DNA of 64,000 nt, taken from positions 2,170,001 to 2,234,000 of the forward strand of contig NC_134036.1 of the NCBI RefSeq assembly GCF_964204645.1. The letters run 5' to 3'. This document shows, in pieces, positions 26,395 through 38,891 of this stretch. A program made the position numbers and the translations under genes. Numbering within the stretch: position 1 is the stretch's first letter; each line of letters opens with the position of its first letter. Below the pieces are notes generated by a model. The model saw only the letters and a list, made by a program, of their open reading frames with translations, searched no databases and was not told where the DNA came from. The stretch comes from Tubulanus polymorphus (Eukaryota > Animalia > Nemertea).

Positions 26395-26670
26395 ACAATC
26401 AAAGGGTTAAAAATCAAACAAGCAAAACGGTGAAATTTACAGAAAAATCACTTAAGCAAACTTTTAGATTTCATATATATTGCAGGAAAAATTTAAAAAA
26501 AAATATTCGATGAAATCTATAAAATCGTGAAAAACAATCAAAGGGTTAAAAATCAAACGAGCAAACAGGGTGAAATTTACAGAAAAATCACTTAAGCAAA
26601 CTTTTAGATTTCAGTTATAGGAACATTTTTCAGGAAAAATAAAAAAATATTCGATGAAATCTATAAAATC
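26395..26670. repeat. Local tandem duplication (about 139 bp)
   Basis: ACAATCAAAGGGTTAAAAATCAAAC...CACTTAAGCAAACTTTTAGATTTCA...GATGAAATCTATAAAATC twice. Confidence 0.85.
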
Positions 26671-27923
26671 CCGAAAAAAGCATTCGTTCCACCGACACGA
26701 AAGCGAAAGAGCAAGAAGTCAAAACGTCTTTCGACAATCGATTTTCGAGGTACGATATAAACCGACTCGACAACAATACCCACAACTCAATCGCTCGTCG
26801 TCACGCAAGCGTAAAATTAAGAAATAAAATTCGCGGTGTAAATTAACTCGGCGTAACTATTAAACCGTGAACAAGCTATTCTTCGAATTCCGACGCGACG
26901 ACGTATCGACGTACAACAGACACGGATTGAACGAACGCGATCTAACGCCGTATCTCAGGTGACAACGTTGCGATCATTTGAAATCGATACAGAAGTTAAT
27001 TACGGCAATTTACGCCGCGAATAAGCGCATTTAAAACCGTAAATTAGAAGCAACCGCCAATTGGCTACGCGAGAACCAGAGCACTGGGGAATGGGGAGAG
27101 AGAACGGGATATTGGAAATTGCGACGATGACATGTTCAAAGATGGGATTAAAACAAATAATAAAGTTAAAATGATGATCGTCTGGCTCAGATTGAAAACT
27201 GTGCCCTCTAGCGATTGAAATCTAAAGCTGGGATTAAAACAAATAATATTTGATTTCTTTCATGCTGTATGCAATAATGGAAATAGGGCTTTAAGGCAAG
27301 TTAAATCCAAATGAAGAATAAAGTTTCACGATATTGTTTTGCTACAAAAAACAAAAAAAGTTATAATCAAAGCTAAATTGTCATAAAAATCCCTCATCGG
27401 TTCGCAATATGTTTTTTTTTTCATTGATTTTCTAAATCGTCCAAATCACGTGGACGTCACCTGACAAGAAACAGACCCCGTTTTATAAATTGGAGTTAAC
27501 CGTATCTTCTGCCGATAGACTCTGGATTATTTCAATCACTGTCGACGACAACGATCAAATCAAGTTCGACATTTCCCGTCCGAAGTGGTTAGCAACTGAC
27601 AACAATGAGTGACGGTTAAACGGGAGTGGTTCGGTCGCTGCGGGAAGGAGTCATGGTCTCATCCCTGTTTACTCTAACGAGTAACGCCGGTATTACCGTA
27701 TAATTATTATTATAATTATCGAGCAGACGATATTTTCCGAGATTAAATATTAATAACGGGACTAATTGGCGGAGTAATTTCATCCGTATTATTGCTAGTA
27801 ATGGTTGTATTGTTGGACGTAAACGCGTTGCGAGTAGCGACGACGTACGGGGTGATTGTTGTAAGTGGCGGAAAATCGTGCGGTATTTCTAGCAGTGCTC
27901 TTAATTATATCAGTTGGGTGAAC

Positions 27924-28232
27924 GAGAGGGATAGAGAGGGAGATAGGATGGGAAATAGGGGAGGGGAGAGAGGGAGTGGGAGAGAGGGGAGAGGGAGTGG
28001 GAGAGAGGGAGTGGGGGAGAGGGAGTGGGAGAGAGAGATAGAGGGAGATAGGAAGAGAGGATGGGAAATAGGGAGGGGAGAGAGGGAGTGGGAGAGAGGG
28101 GAGAGGGAGTGGGAGAGAGGGAGTGGGGGAGAGGGAGTGGGAGAGAGAGATAGAGGGAGATAGGAAGAGAGGATGGGAAATAGGGAGGGGAGAGAGGGAG
28201 GGAGAGAGGGGTTGATGGACGAGGGGAGAGGT
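27924..28232. repeat. Purine-rich low-complexity tract
   Basis: Repeats of GGGAGAGAGGG(G)AGAGGGAGTG. Confidence 0.9.
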
Positions 28233-30808
28233 TGGAAAGTGGTGATAAAGACTAAAGGGAGCGATGAAAAAAACAGCAGTGACAGAAGAAGAGATGGGGG
28301 TTAGAGGGATAGAGGGAGTTGCAGTGACGGTAGACAACAGCAGACGACAGAGGAAATAATAGCAGACGATGAAAGAGGCGAAGGACGAGAAACGTGAAAT
28401 CAAATAATTCTAGGGTCTGAACGAAGGATGATTGTGGGCAGACGAACAGAGAGTATTGTCTGCGCGATTGTGGCGGTTTACGCGCAGCCCCGCACCGCAG
28501 ACACAACAGGAAGTAATTTGTCGGTTTAGAGAGATGATATCAGACGACACCTCGTTATAACATACACCACACACACAGCAGACGATATCTAATGATCGAA
28601 TGTCACAAAAAATACCGATACATTCTGAGAAAAAGTTCTCGAGATTCTCCGAGCTGGAAATCAATTAGGCCGAATGTAATGAGCTCGCTGATGAATTGGA
28701 AGACACCATAAACTGATAATAGAACCAGGGACAAGAGTTTATAATAGGAAAAAGAAGAGATCTTGTTAACATAAGATGTTCGTTGGAGACAGTGGCAATG
28801 CTGCTGCTGATGTCTGCTGTACCTAGTCATTACGAATACCGATGTCATTGAAGAAAGCACGATGCTGCAATGACAAGTTGTACAAGGATCGATTTTAAGA
28901 ATAAATAAGTAACATAAGATGATACCTTGTTTTCTCCTAATCGGCCTAATCCTAATTTTTTTATAAACTGCAATTAAATTTGTAATCAGTTCATTTCTAT
29001 AACTGCCGGGTCAGATATTGTTAGATTGATCAAAAATTTAAAAAAAAGAAGTAATTAACATGGAAGATAAGTGATAGGTCGCGTCAACTTTTAAGCTAAG
29101 CAGAAATGAGAGATAAGGTATCAATTTTTCGACCCTAACAATTTCTAACTGATTCAGATAAATGGTTTATGAGGAAAAAAACAGTGGCGCATGAAGTGTG
29201 AACTGTATTGTAAAGGAAACTTGCACTTTGAAAAACATGTCAATTTATTTATATTACGTCTATTCGTCCTACCATATCTGCTTCAGTAATCAATCGAAAA
29301 CTATTATCTGGAATGCCTAAATCGATAATTGTCTTCATCAGAAAATCAGAAAAAATTTAAAAGGCACCACTTAATGGGTTTATAATAATAGATAAATTGA
29401 TTATGACATCCCGAATCGAAGGACTCTGGAGCTTATGAAAGAACGATACTTTTCAAAAATCGACATAGCAACAATAGAATACCGCAATAATAGAGGCGGT
29501 TATTAATATCGTCAATAGTCTCATCGTGTAAATGGTTCGTTATCGGATATTTCAGGGTTACAGAGTGCAGTTCGATAAAACAGCATGAAGCGGCCGATTA
29601 CGTCATTGGAAGGCTTCAAGCGAGGTTTTAGTAAGCCAGGTGTACTTTCAGGAGTCCAAGCTAAGTTTAACTTTACATTTCCAATCTATGTTCAAAACAT
29701 ATTTGCATGTGGTTTTTACGCGATGAAATATTATTCATGGAATTTTCCTTCGAGAAAAAAACCTCACTGAAAATGGAGATAGTTTTAGATGGGAGGGAAT
29801 ATTTTCATGAAATTGCTCGTCGGATATACCGGACGATTATTTTGTGGTTGTGTCCAATCATGAAGTCATCATTTAGAACTTATTTAGCCAAAAAAAACCA
29901 AAAAAAAAAATCTTTCTTATTAATGAACTTTCCGATGACCCAGAATATTTGGCAAACTATACGAGATTACATTGTTTTCAGAAGAGCAAACGGCGCCATG
30001 TGCTTGTTCGGCCCCACCATTCCGATGTTGCCGAGGCCACCAATGCAACCACAAGTACAGTAACAAAACTTGGAATTATTTTTATTGTTACGAAGTTTCC
30101 ATGGAAAATAAAAACGATGTTTAAGGCTGGTTACGAGCAATGCTAGACTTGATGCTTGACAAAGAAGACATCTTCGATCTCGGTTTAAGGTTTGGAAGCA
30201 AGGTTGACAGATCATCCCAATTCAAAACGGAACTCCCTGATGATCCAATGTAGGCCTACTTGGCAGACTATGATGCGTGCCTTTAAAGCAGACCACATCG
30301 CACCACGTGACGAACCAGACCTTGCAACTAACAGGACAATAAAAGAACTTGAAACTTTTATTGCACATGTTACGAAGTTTCCTAGAGAAATAAAAAAGAT
30401 GTAAATCGACACCTTTTATTGGCTTTAAAATCCGCCATTTTCCTGCTCTGAGATATAAACCAGAAATAAACCTGAAATATTGTTGATGTTTCAGAGACTT
30501 CAGCCTCCAGGGCGTCTTCAAAGCAAATAACCGACACACAGTCGGAGAAAATATTCCGAAACTAAATTACGATTTTATTTCTTCCTCGATTTGTTTCGGC
30601 TGCACCGCCGCGATAAACAAATACTCGCTTGCCGCAGGTGGAGTCGCGTGACGTTTCTTATACATATCCAATAAAGTACCAGTAAGTCAGTAGGGAAAAT
30701 GGCGCTGAATAAATATCATATCTTAGTTTGCTGTTGATACATTTATGAGTTTGAATGTTTGGGTTCGAATGCTAGAGGCTAAGTGCGACCTTGGACCGTT
30801 TCTACCGG

Positions 30809-30988
30809 GGAAATTATTTGAATATGACGTCACTAGGACGCTGCTACCATAGCCCTGAGGGGAGGGGAAGTTATTTGAAGGTGACACCACTAGGGTGCTG
30901 ATACCATAGCTGTGAGGGGAGGGGAAGCTATTTGAAGGTGACACTACTAGGGTACTGCTACCATAGCTATGAGGGGAGGGGAAGTTAT
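30809..30988. repeat. 57-bp minisatellite family, array 1 (about 3 copies)
   Basis: Unit GGGGAGGGGAAGTTATTTGAAGGTGACACCACTAGGGTGCTGATACCATAGCTGTGA. Confidence 0.88.
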
Positions 30989-31066
30989 CAGAAAGTCCCG
31001 CCGCTGCTGATGTGGGGAAAGGAGAACTTATCGGAAGGTTACGACTCTGCTGCAATGAGCAAAAAA

Positions 31067-31180
31067 GGCTTTCAATAATGACGACCCACTTTCCAAAACC
31101 ACATTGGTCTCAAGTCAGCAGGAAGGCTTTCAATAATGACGACCCACTTTCCAAAACCACATTGGTCTCAAGTCAGCAGG
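31067..31180. repeat. 58-bp perfect tandem duplication
   Basis: GGCTTTCAATAATGACGACCCACTTTCCAAAACCACATTGGTCTCAAGTCAGCAGG twice. Confidence 0.9.
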
Positions 31181-33400
31181 TGAAGATATCTCAACGTGAG
31201 ACACACGTTTTCAGCCAAATCGTGCTAAAATTCCAATAAACACTTTGCAAGAGCAAGGAGGTAAAAATAATCTAGGTCTAATGGAATGCACAAATATTCC
31301 GACATTGATTCTACAAATCTCAAGTGTGTACAATCGTTTCCAGGTCGTCTGTCGTCGATTTATTTGATTAATAATTGTAAACCAATAACGAGCGACGGAA
31401 ACGAATGACGAAGGTTGTATAAATATTTACAACTCTCGACGTACGACGACGAAGTGAAAGTAAATATGAAATTCACAAATCACCCGAGCCATTCGAATGT
31501 GTGCTTGTTGCAAGCAGGCAGACGACAGTCCATCCAAACCCGGTCAAATATCGATCAGCACACCACCTATAGACATGGAAAACCCCAAATAAATCACCTA
31601 ACAAATTACCTATGGATATCGATCGACACGCCACCTATAGAGATGGAAAACCCCAAATAAATCACTTACAAATAACCTTTGGATAGGTCAATTACATCGA
31701 AATCCTAAATTCTAAATGATATGTCAAAAAATGGATATCAAAATATGAAATGAATATCACATTATATCAAATTAGGAGACTCAGATATCAATACAAATTC
31801 GTTTCGCAGAAAATACTGTTTTTTTGGTGTCATACAAGCTGTTTACTTAGGCTGGTTTCTATTTCAAATAAAACAATATTTCTTTTGACGAAAGCAAAAA
31901 AATGCAATAATAACCGATGTGCCTTTCTAATGTCAACAACAATGGAGACTATTCCGCGTTTGTAATTGTTGCAATTTGAAGACGCAATTTTCCGCCAAAA
32001 CGTCTTTTCAACTAATAATAATTGCAGTAAATGATATTCTACAATTCTAGTGTCTCCTTCTCGACCCCCTCGAAGAAGATTGTTCCGTTTTGTGTCGGTA
32101 GTTTTAAGGCCAACAGTCTATCGAGGGCTATTGAGATGTTTTCTCAGCGGAACCGGAATTCAATTTGACGCCATGTTTGTCAGCACTGCTCACATCCGTT
32201 GTAGAGGTTTCCGCTACTATATCTTACTGCACTTGTAAAAAGTAATTGCGTTTCAAGTCGTCTGTGGCTGTTTCAGTGTGTGTGTGTGCGTCTTAAGAGG
32301 CAATACTGAAAATTGTGGCGGCCACGAAAATAACATCGGATCTCTGAGTCTGAGTGGTGAGTGAGAGAGAGGGGGATCGGCTGTCTGGAATGAGGGGGAG
32401 AGAGGGGAGGAGGGGCGTTATGCAGAGAAGAGGAGAGGGAGAGAGGGGGATGGAGAGAGGGAGAAGGATAGAGGGGAGAGAGAGTGAGATGATTATCATT
32501 ATCCATATGTTCATTTATAATCATCACTATATCATTACAATATCATTTTATCTTTTTATCTTTTTACTTCATCTTTTTTACTTCTGAATTTATCCTAAAA
32601 AGTTTCTCCAACTATCCTTAATATCTTCTATAATATAGTATAATTAATCTTTTTGGCTGGCAATGGAGAAAGTTAAAATATTGATAGAATTATTCAGAAT
32701 TTCTTTTAAGACAAAATCAATAAAAACGTTAACAATATCTAACGCGTTTAAAGTCATTGTATTCAAATTAAGACGCGGACACGTGACGCGTATAAAATCG
32801 GATCAATAAAACTGTCAGAACAACGTCGTCGTTATTAGAAACGAGACGTTTACGTATATAGCGAGTGAGAGAGAGAGAATCATTGTTGATCGACGCGTGT
32901 TTCTTACAACAATTACAACCGCGTTGACTAATCGAAGAATAACGACTATTTAATGTTTAACCTAAACGACGTCTGTTGTCGAGGGCGATCGAAAAGACTC
33001 GATCGCGATCGATTTTATTGAGAAAAGTGATTAAAATGCAATAGAATATTCCATATTACATTTTAAACCGCTTACAATGCGAGTTAAATGGCCCACTAAA
33101 CCTGCCCCGGTAAAGCTCTTCTGATGATCGCTGATTACGATTTCATGGCCACAAATTATACTATTCGTCATTTTCAGAAATCCCTTCAACCATTTTCAGA
33201 CGTAAGTTGTTTGTCTAATGTCTTTAGTCGTTAAAACACGATTCCCGTCACAACAATGACGACGGTTAGAGACATCGATTTTTCTATCATTTTAAAATTC
33301 TACATTTACACGTATCGCAAAGAAGCAATGGAAATGTGATTTGTTCAAACATATTGAAAATGTGTCTTGTCCAAACAGTAAAATAAAATATTTGGAAACA

Positions 33401-33454
33401 CGAAGCGAACCCGGGTCTCATCGACGCACGGCAAACGTACTAACCACTTGACTA
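33401..33454 (-). mobile_element. Degenerate tRNA-like (SINE head or tRNA pseudogene) fragment
   Basis: Minus strand reads TAGTCAAGTGGTTAGTACG...GACCCGGGTTCGCTTC, i.e. an A-box-like and a B-box-like motif at tRNA spacing. Similar remnants occur at about 1120-1190 (CCCGGGTTCGAATC) and about 35935-35996. Confidence 0.4.
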
Positions 33455-35654
33455 AAAAAACCAAGATTACTACGTTAGCCCTTAAACGCACAACAATGGT
33501 TTGTAACGGTGTAGACGTAAATAAAAATGTTTAGGCGCATTTTTTCAAAAGCAATTGATGTGTTGGAAAAGGCAAATAAAAATGAATAGATGATTCGTAG
33601 TTTGTGAGAGAGGGTGGAGAGGGGAGGCGAGAGCGAGGGAGGTAAAGACATCTCTTAAAGTAATTTGTTAGGCGAGGGAACCGAGATCGGGGAACGGCAG
33701 CCGATTGGAAAGTAAAAAATGTAAAAGCAATTTGCAAGAATCGCTTTTCTACAGGCTGGTAATCGGTCCCACGTGTGCTACTAGCTAAATCACCAGAGTG
33801 AGAGAGATTCTGGAAATAGATGCGCTCGAAAAATCGAATTATAGATTTAAAGAAATCTCATACCTAAACTGAGTTGACTGTTATAGCGTATCGAAATAAA
33901 TCTGCCATTTGATTGGGCAGATTTAGATTGCGGAATGATTTAAATTTTTATCCCCCTGAGCGTCGGTAAAAATGAGGACGATAACAGCAGCACTAGCAGC
34001 AGAAGCTGCTCGAAAAACTATTCCTAACTGATTGAACGATGATGACTAAAATTGATGAATAGGAGATTCTAATTTTAGTGTTAAAAACGAAAATACTAAT
34101 ATGAAAAATGTCTCTTTTAAATTTTCAAATCGTCATAACTGAAATAACGGATAACATTGTTCGCACGTAGGCATGGTTGCGTGTATTGTTGAAATTAACG
34201 AAATTTAGTTGAAAAATTGCCAATTTTTTGTATTACCGATTTTGCCAACTGATTCAACAAGGTTTTTTATATAACAATAAATATTTGAAATGCAATAAAC
34301 AATGTAAATGGAATGTTTTTAATTGATCAGTCATTCAAAGTGAAATGAGCGTTTTAATAAATGGAACGCACTATAGCATTTAAAATCTAATTTGTTTCGC
34401 AGACGATAAAATTGACATTTTACGAACGGTTTGAAATTGAAACGAATCGGGAATGAGAACGAGTAGTTTTACGATCGAAACATTCAATAAATCAAACAAG
34501 ACGTGAAATTAAAGATTTGTAAGATAGAGGAGGGGGACTAAAGTATTATTTTTGGCGGAGAGGGTGATGGCGAATATGGAGATGTGGTCTTAAGGTCTCA
34601 GGCGCTTGTCGTTGATAGATTTCCGATTCAAAAAGAAATCCAATAAACTTTAATAATTTTTTTTCAGAAAAAAAATATATAAACTTCCTAAGAATCAGTT
34701 TTGTTCTTTGCCCGAAGAAAAACGCGATATAAGGAAATAAAAGATTCCTAATTTTCTGAACCGTATTCAAAATCATTTTTTTTTCAATGAATTTGTATCT
34801 TTTCAATTGAACAAGCCAACAGTCGGAGACGTTAGAAGTCGTGCATTGTTGCGCACTGTGAAAATTCAAAAGCCGCAAAAGACAGACGACTTTAACCGTC
34901 GGTACTGTTGTCATTAAACACGCCGCAGCCGACAGTGAATTCCATTATTCTATGATTAATGATTTTATTGTCCAAACGCATTTCCACAATTCAATCGTTT
35001 TTTCCCTCTGTATATGTATATGTATATAAGAGGTTTGTTTTGATTGTTATTTGTTTAACAAGTCATTTTTTATTTTGCGGCGTTTCTTCTTTTGTTCGCC
35101 GCAATAGAACGTTCTATGTACACAGACACCTGGGTATCGATTAAGTGCTGTTCGTGTAAAGGCGCATAGGTTAGCATAGTCTTAACATCTAGAAGTCATA
35201 GAACAGACTATAAATGTCCCCTCTAGGTATGAAATCTGCACATATTATTTTTTCTTTTTTTTTCTAAAGAAATATTCGGATTAACACTTAATTCGATTTA
35301 AAATGAACTGTAATAATTAAAAGAATTAAATCTAAATTAAGAATTTAAATTTTGATAAAATGATATTTTGAGTGGGGTTCCATAGTCAAGACGAACAGTG
35401 GACTTAAATGTGGTATTAAATCTCAGACCGGTCTTAATTTGTTCGTTAGATCGGCCACAGAGCTTAGATGGTATTCGACCGGTCTTAAGTTTAAGCCGTA
35501 ACTATGCAACCAACCCAGGGGTCAGTTCCGATCTAACAATTTAAGACCAACCTTCAGATTTCGGACAACTTTTGGACCAAAATCGAGAACTGACCCAAGA
35601 CTATTGGCAATTTTGTAACCACCTAACTAGAAATACTAAAATAGATTCTATGGA

Positions 35655-35907
35655 TTCGACATATTTTCCCATATCATTCATGAGATTGCGGATATCATGT
35701 GTTTCTAATAAATACCCGATCACAAAGAAGAAATATCGATGATAAATGGGTTTCGTCGGGCGGGCGGTTCATATACTTAAAACCACTTGTATGGACTGGA
35801 ATCGTTCCCACACGACTTATAGCCTTAAAGCCTTCAGCCTTCCTGGATTGGAATTTCAACGCGAGTTTCTGTCTGTCTCTGTCTTAGAGGATTTTATTTT
35901 CATTCGC
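35655..35907. repeat. About 255-bp direct repeat, left of GPCR copy A
   Basis: TTCGACATATTTTCCC...GGATTTTATTTTCATTCGC recurs at 37561-37820. Confidence 0.9.
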
Positions 35908-36080
35908 AAAGACAGTGTTTCACCAAAAAGAAAACACTTGCCTGGAACTCGGGCCTTCCAGCGAGGTAGCCCAACGCATTGACCATTGTTGACCAGTAGT
36001 GACAAGCTTGACTGGTCAACAATGCTTACAATATTTTGCTGAGCTTTTTGGAGGGGCTTAATGAAACTATAGTTTATTCC

Positions 36081-37031
36081 TCAATTGACTGAATTTCTAC
36101 CACAGCGGATTTTCATACAGAAATATTCACGAATTTCTCGTCCCAGAAAAAGATATATGTAAAAATTTATAGCATAATTACACAATTGGAAATTGCTAAA
36201 TATGTTAAAAAGGAAATTTTTCAATTTCAAGGGTATCCACGGAATAAACGTAATAATTGAAGTGGGAAGCGTAAACGTCGCGAACGCTAGCGACACGGTA
36301 ACGAGCATTATTGTTGTACGTTTCACTTTCGTAGTTTTTTGATGATCAGACGAATTTATCACCGATTTTGTGAATAGCAACCGCGCAACAATGGTAGAAT
36401 TTGACGTTATAATCAAAATCATCGGAAACGTGTAAACGCAAATAAATAACGTAATATACAGATCCGTGTGTCGCTTAGTAAATAAATAGTAACAGCCTAT
36501 ATCGTCTGCGAATAGCATATCCAGTACTGGGGAGAAGTATAAGAAAATCGCGCTGAAAGCTAAAATGCAGACGATAACGCATCGCGCGAATCTGGGGGTA
36601 CATATCAAACGAGATGTGAACGGGAAGAGCACAACGGCCAGACGTTCTAAAGTTATCGTAACTATAAACCACGAACTATTACAACCTGCATATCCAATTA
36701 AATACTCGTAAAGTTGACAACTGACCAGTGAATTTATCAACAACCTGCCGTTGCCAAGACGCGAAAGCGCGAACTGCGCAACAGGCATGACCGTTAGGTT
36801 GATACAAAACAGGAAATCACTAAGCGACAAAACGATCAGATAGTTAGCGTACGATAAACCGCGGAATCTACGACTTATCATTATGAGAAACGTAGCCGAA
36901 TTCCCGAAAGTTCCCAACAAGAATAACAGCGTCAGAAACGCGATCGAAAACGTCCGGTAGCTTGCAGACTTATTCACCACCAAAGTCGTGTAATATGGTC
37001 GTCCAATTTGTCCTCGCGTGGTAGAATTCAT
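36081..37031 (-). CDS. Intronless class A (rhodopsin-like) orphan GPCR, peptide-receptor-like/chemoreceptor-like, copy A (316 aa)
   Basis: Seven hydrophobic segments; N-glycosylation sequons NST/NKS; TM1 FGN; TM2 LSLSDF; Cys at the top of TM3 and in ECL2 (DIGC); TLERLAVVLFP (DRY variant); TM6 FATFTLP; TM7 NYAINFYIY (NFxxY variant typical of FMRFamide-receptor-like invertebrate expansions); helix 8 REIREYF. Confidence 0.93.
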   Translation of the reverse strand: MNSTTRGQIGRPYYTTLVVNKSASYRTFSIAFLTLLFLLGTFGNSATFLIMISRRFRGLSYANYLIVLSLSDFLFCINLTVMPVAQFALSRLGNGRLLINSLVSCQLYEYLIGYAGCNSSWFIVTITLERLAVVLFPFTSRLICTPRFARCVIVCILAFSAIFLYFSPVLDMLFADDIGCYYLFTKRHTDLYITLFICVYTFPMILIITSNSTIVARLLFTKSVINSSDHQKTTKVKRTTIMLVTVSLAFATFTLPTSIITFIPWIPLKLKNFLFNIFSNFQLCNYAINFYIYLFLGREIREYFCMKIRCGRNSVN

Positions 37032-37560
37032 AATTCATAAGAAATAATATTGTATTCAGAGTTAGTAAACGGATGCCGTAAAGGTATCGACGTTCCAATC
37101 TGGTAGCCGCTCTCTCCAGGCTCGCCCAATAGTTTGTCCTATTAGCGAAACTTTATGTCACTGGTCGAGGGCGAAAAACCTTTGTCTGGATGATTGCAGA
37201 ATGCAGTAAACGAATAAATTGAAATAAATACGATATTGACGAAAGAATAATTTTAGAAATATTTGAGTTACTTTACGTAAATTAAATTAGAATCAATTGT
37301 TAGTGTAAACCTCCGATCGATTTAATATTTCGCCGATATTGCCACGATATTAAGTGTGTAAATTTCCTATCCCAATGAATTTTCAATTTCTTTATTGTTC
37401 AGATGAAGCTGTTTTTTTGGTTTTGGCTTTGTATTCATAATAACGTTTCGCCCAGTTTATCGTGATGTTATATTTTCTATTCCTAACAGCAGAATTTTCA
37501 ATTTCCATATTTTTTTGGAAAATTCGGAAAATGGCGAAACATCCAGAAGTTAACATTTCT
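37032..37560 (-). promoter_or_regulatory. Duplicated upstream (5'UTR/promoter) region of GPCR copy A, homologous to about 39825-40333
   Basis: About 170 nt just upstream of the ATG are nearly identical between copies (GTTAGTAAACGGATGCCGTAAAGGTATCGACGTTCCAATCTGGTAGCC...). Homology continues to AAATGGCGAAACATCC(A/G). Confidence 0.6.
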
Positions 37561-37820
37561 TTCGACATATTTTCCCACATCATTCATGAGATTGCGGATA
37601 TCACGTGTTTCTAATAAATACCCGATCACAAAGAAGAAATATCGATGATAAATGGGTTTCGTCGGGCGGGCGGTTCATATACTTAAAACCACTTGTATGG
37701 ACTGGAATCGTTCCCACACGACTTATAGCCTTCAGTCGAGACAAATACACTGCCCTGGATTGGAATTCCAACGCGAGTATTCTCTCTGTATCTGGCTTAG
37801 AGGATTTTATTTTCATTCGC
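37561..37820. repeat. About 260-bp direct repeat, right of GPCR copy A
   Basis: Near-identical to 35655-35907 (ORFs 35699 and 37605 share their N-termini). Confidence 0.9.
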
Positions 37821-37863
37821 TCATAAAAAAAGCAAAAAATATAGCGAATATTATTTTTTATAC

Positions 37864-38271
37864 AATTCAGTAAAATTATGATTAGATACTAATGACGTCC
37901 TTCTCATTCTCGATAACTTCAACGATTCAGTAAAATTGTGATTAGTTACTAATGACGACTTTCTCATTCTCGATAACTTCAACGATTCAGTAAAATTATG
38001 ATTAGTTACTAATGACGACCTTCTCATTCTCGATAACTTCAACGATTCAGTAAAATTATGATTAGTCACTAATGGCGACCTTCTCATTCTCGATGACTCC
38101 AACAATTCAGTAAAATTATGATTAGTTACTAATGACGACTTTCTCATTCTCGATAACTTCAACGATTCAGTGAAATTATGATTAGTTACTAATGACGACC
38201 TTCTCATTCTCGATAACTTCAACGATTCAGTAAAATTATGATTAGTCACTAATGATGACCTTCTCATTCTC
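37864..38271 (-). repeat. 60-bp minisatellite family, array 3 (about 7 copies, reverse), between the two GPCRs
   Basis: Reverse complement of the array 1 unit; produces repetitive ORF 37851..38267. Confidence 0.93.
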
Positions 38272-38891
38272 TATGAAGTTATTCTAAGTAAGGGCTTCTT
38301 AGTCTAAAGTACCCACTTTCTCCAGAAGATCTTAAAAAACAATAAAAGCCAAGACGCACTTCAATTATCTAGATAACAAAGAAAACCGAGGCCTTTGATT
38401 ATTCTGGAAAGTTCCTTCCGGCAAATCGATCCAATGAAATTACCCGGTACATCGGAAAAATGAAAAAAAAATACCAACAAAAAAAAAACGTTATATGATT
38501 TTGATACAGTCCATTATTTCATTTCAGGGCCTTTGAAGAAAATTGATACGAAAACCGTAAAGGATGCGCGTCCAAAAATAGAATAAGCATCAATTGTTCG
38601 CGCGATGGAGAAAATATCCTCCGCCGTTAACTGATACATACCAGGGATATACAATAGAATATCATTATCCTAAATATGGACTGCGATCAAATTGAGGGGA
38701 TGGGGATTTCAAACTTTAAACCGTTTAAAGCTTATAAACATTCTTACGGATGTTTATTTAATTTCACCACGTAAAGTATACAATGAAAATGATATACCTT
38801 TATTTTCATCATTATTTTGTGTTTATTCCGATTTGATAATTAATTTATCGTCCTGTTTATGATAAATATCATAAAATAGGTCATCAGTCTC

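Noticed and set aside
37851-38267. Repetitive ORFs from 60-bp, 57-bp, 59-bp and 39-bp arrays (also 15937, 21427-22131, 23347, 30723, 44029, 45954)
   Set aside because: They are translations of dispersed minisatellites found in both orientations, with no signal peptide or domain context.
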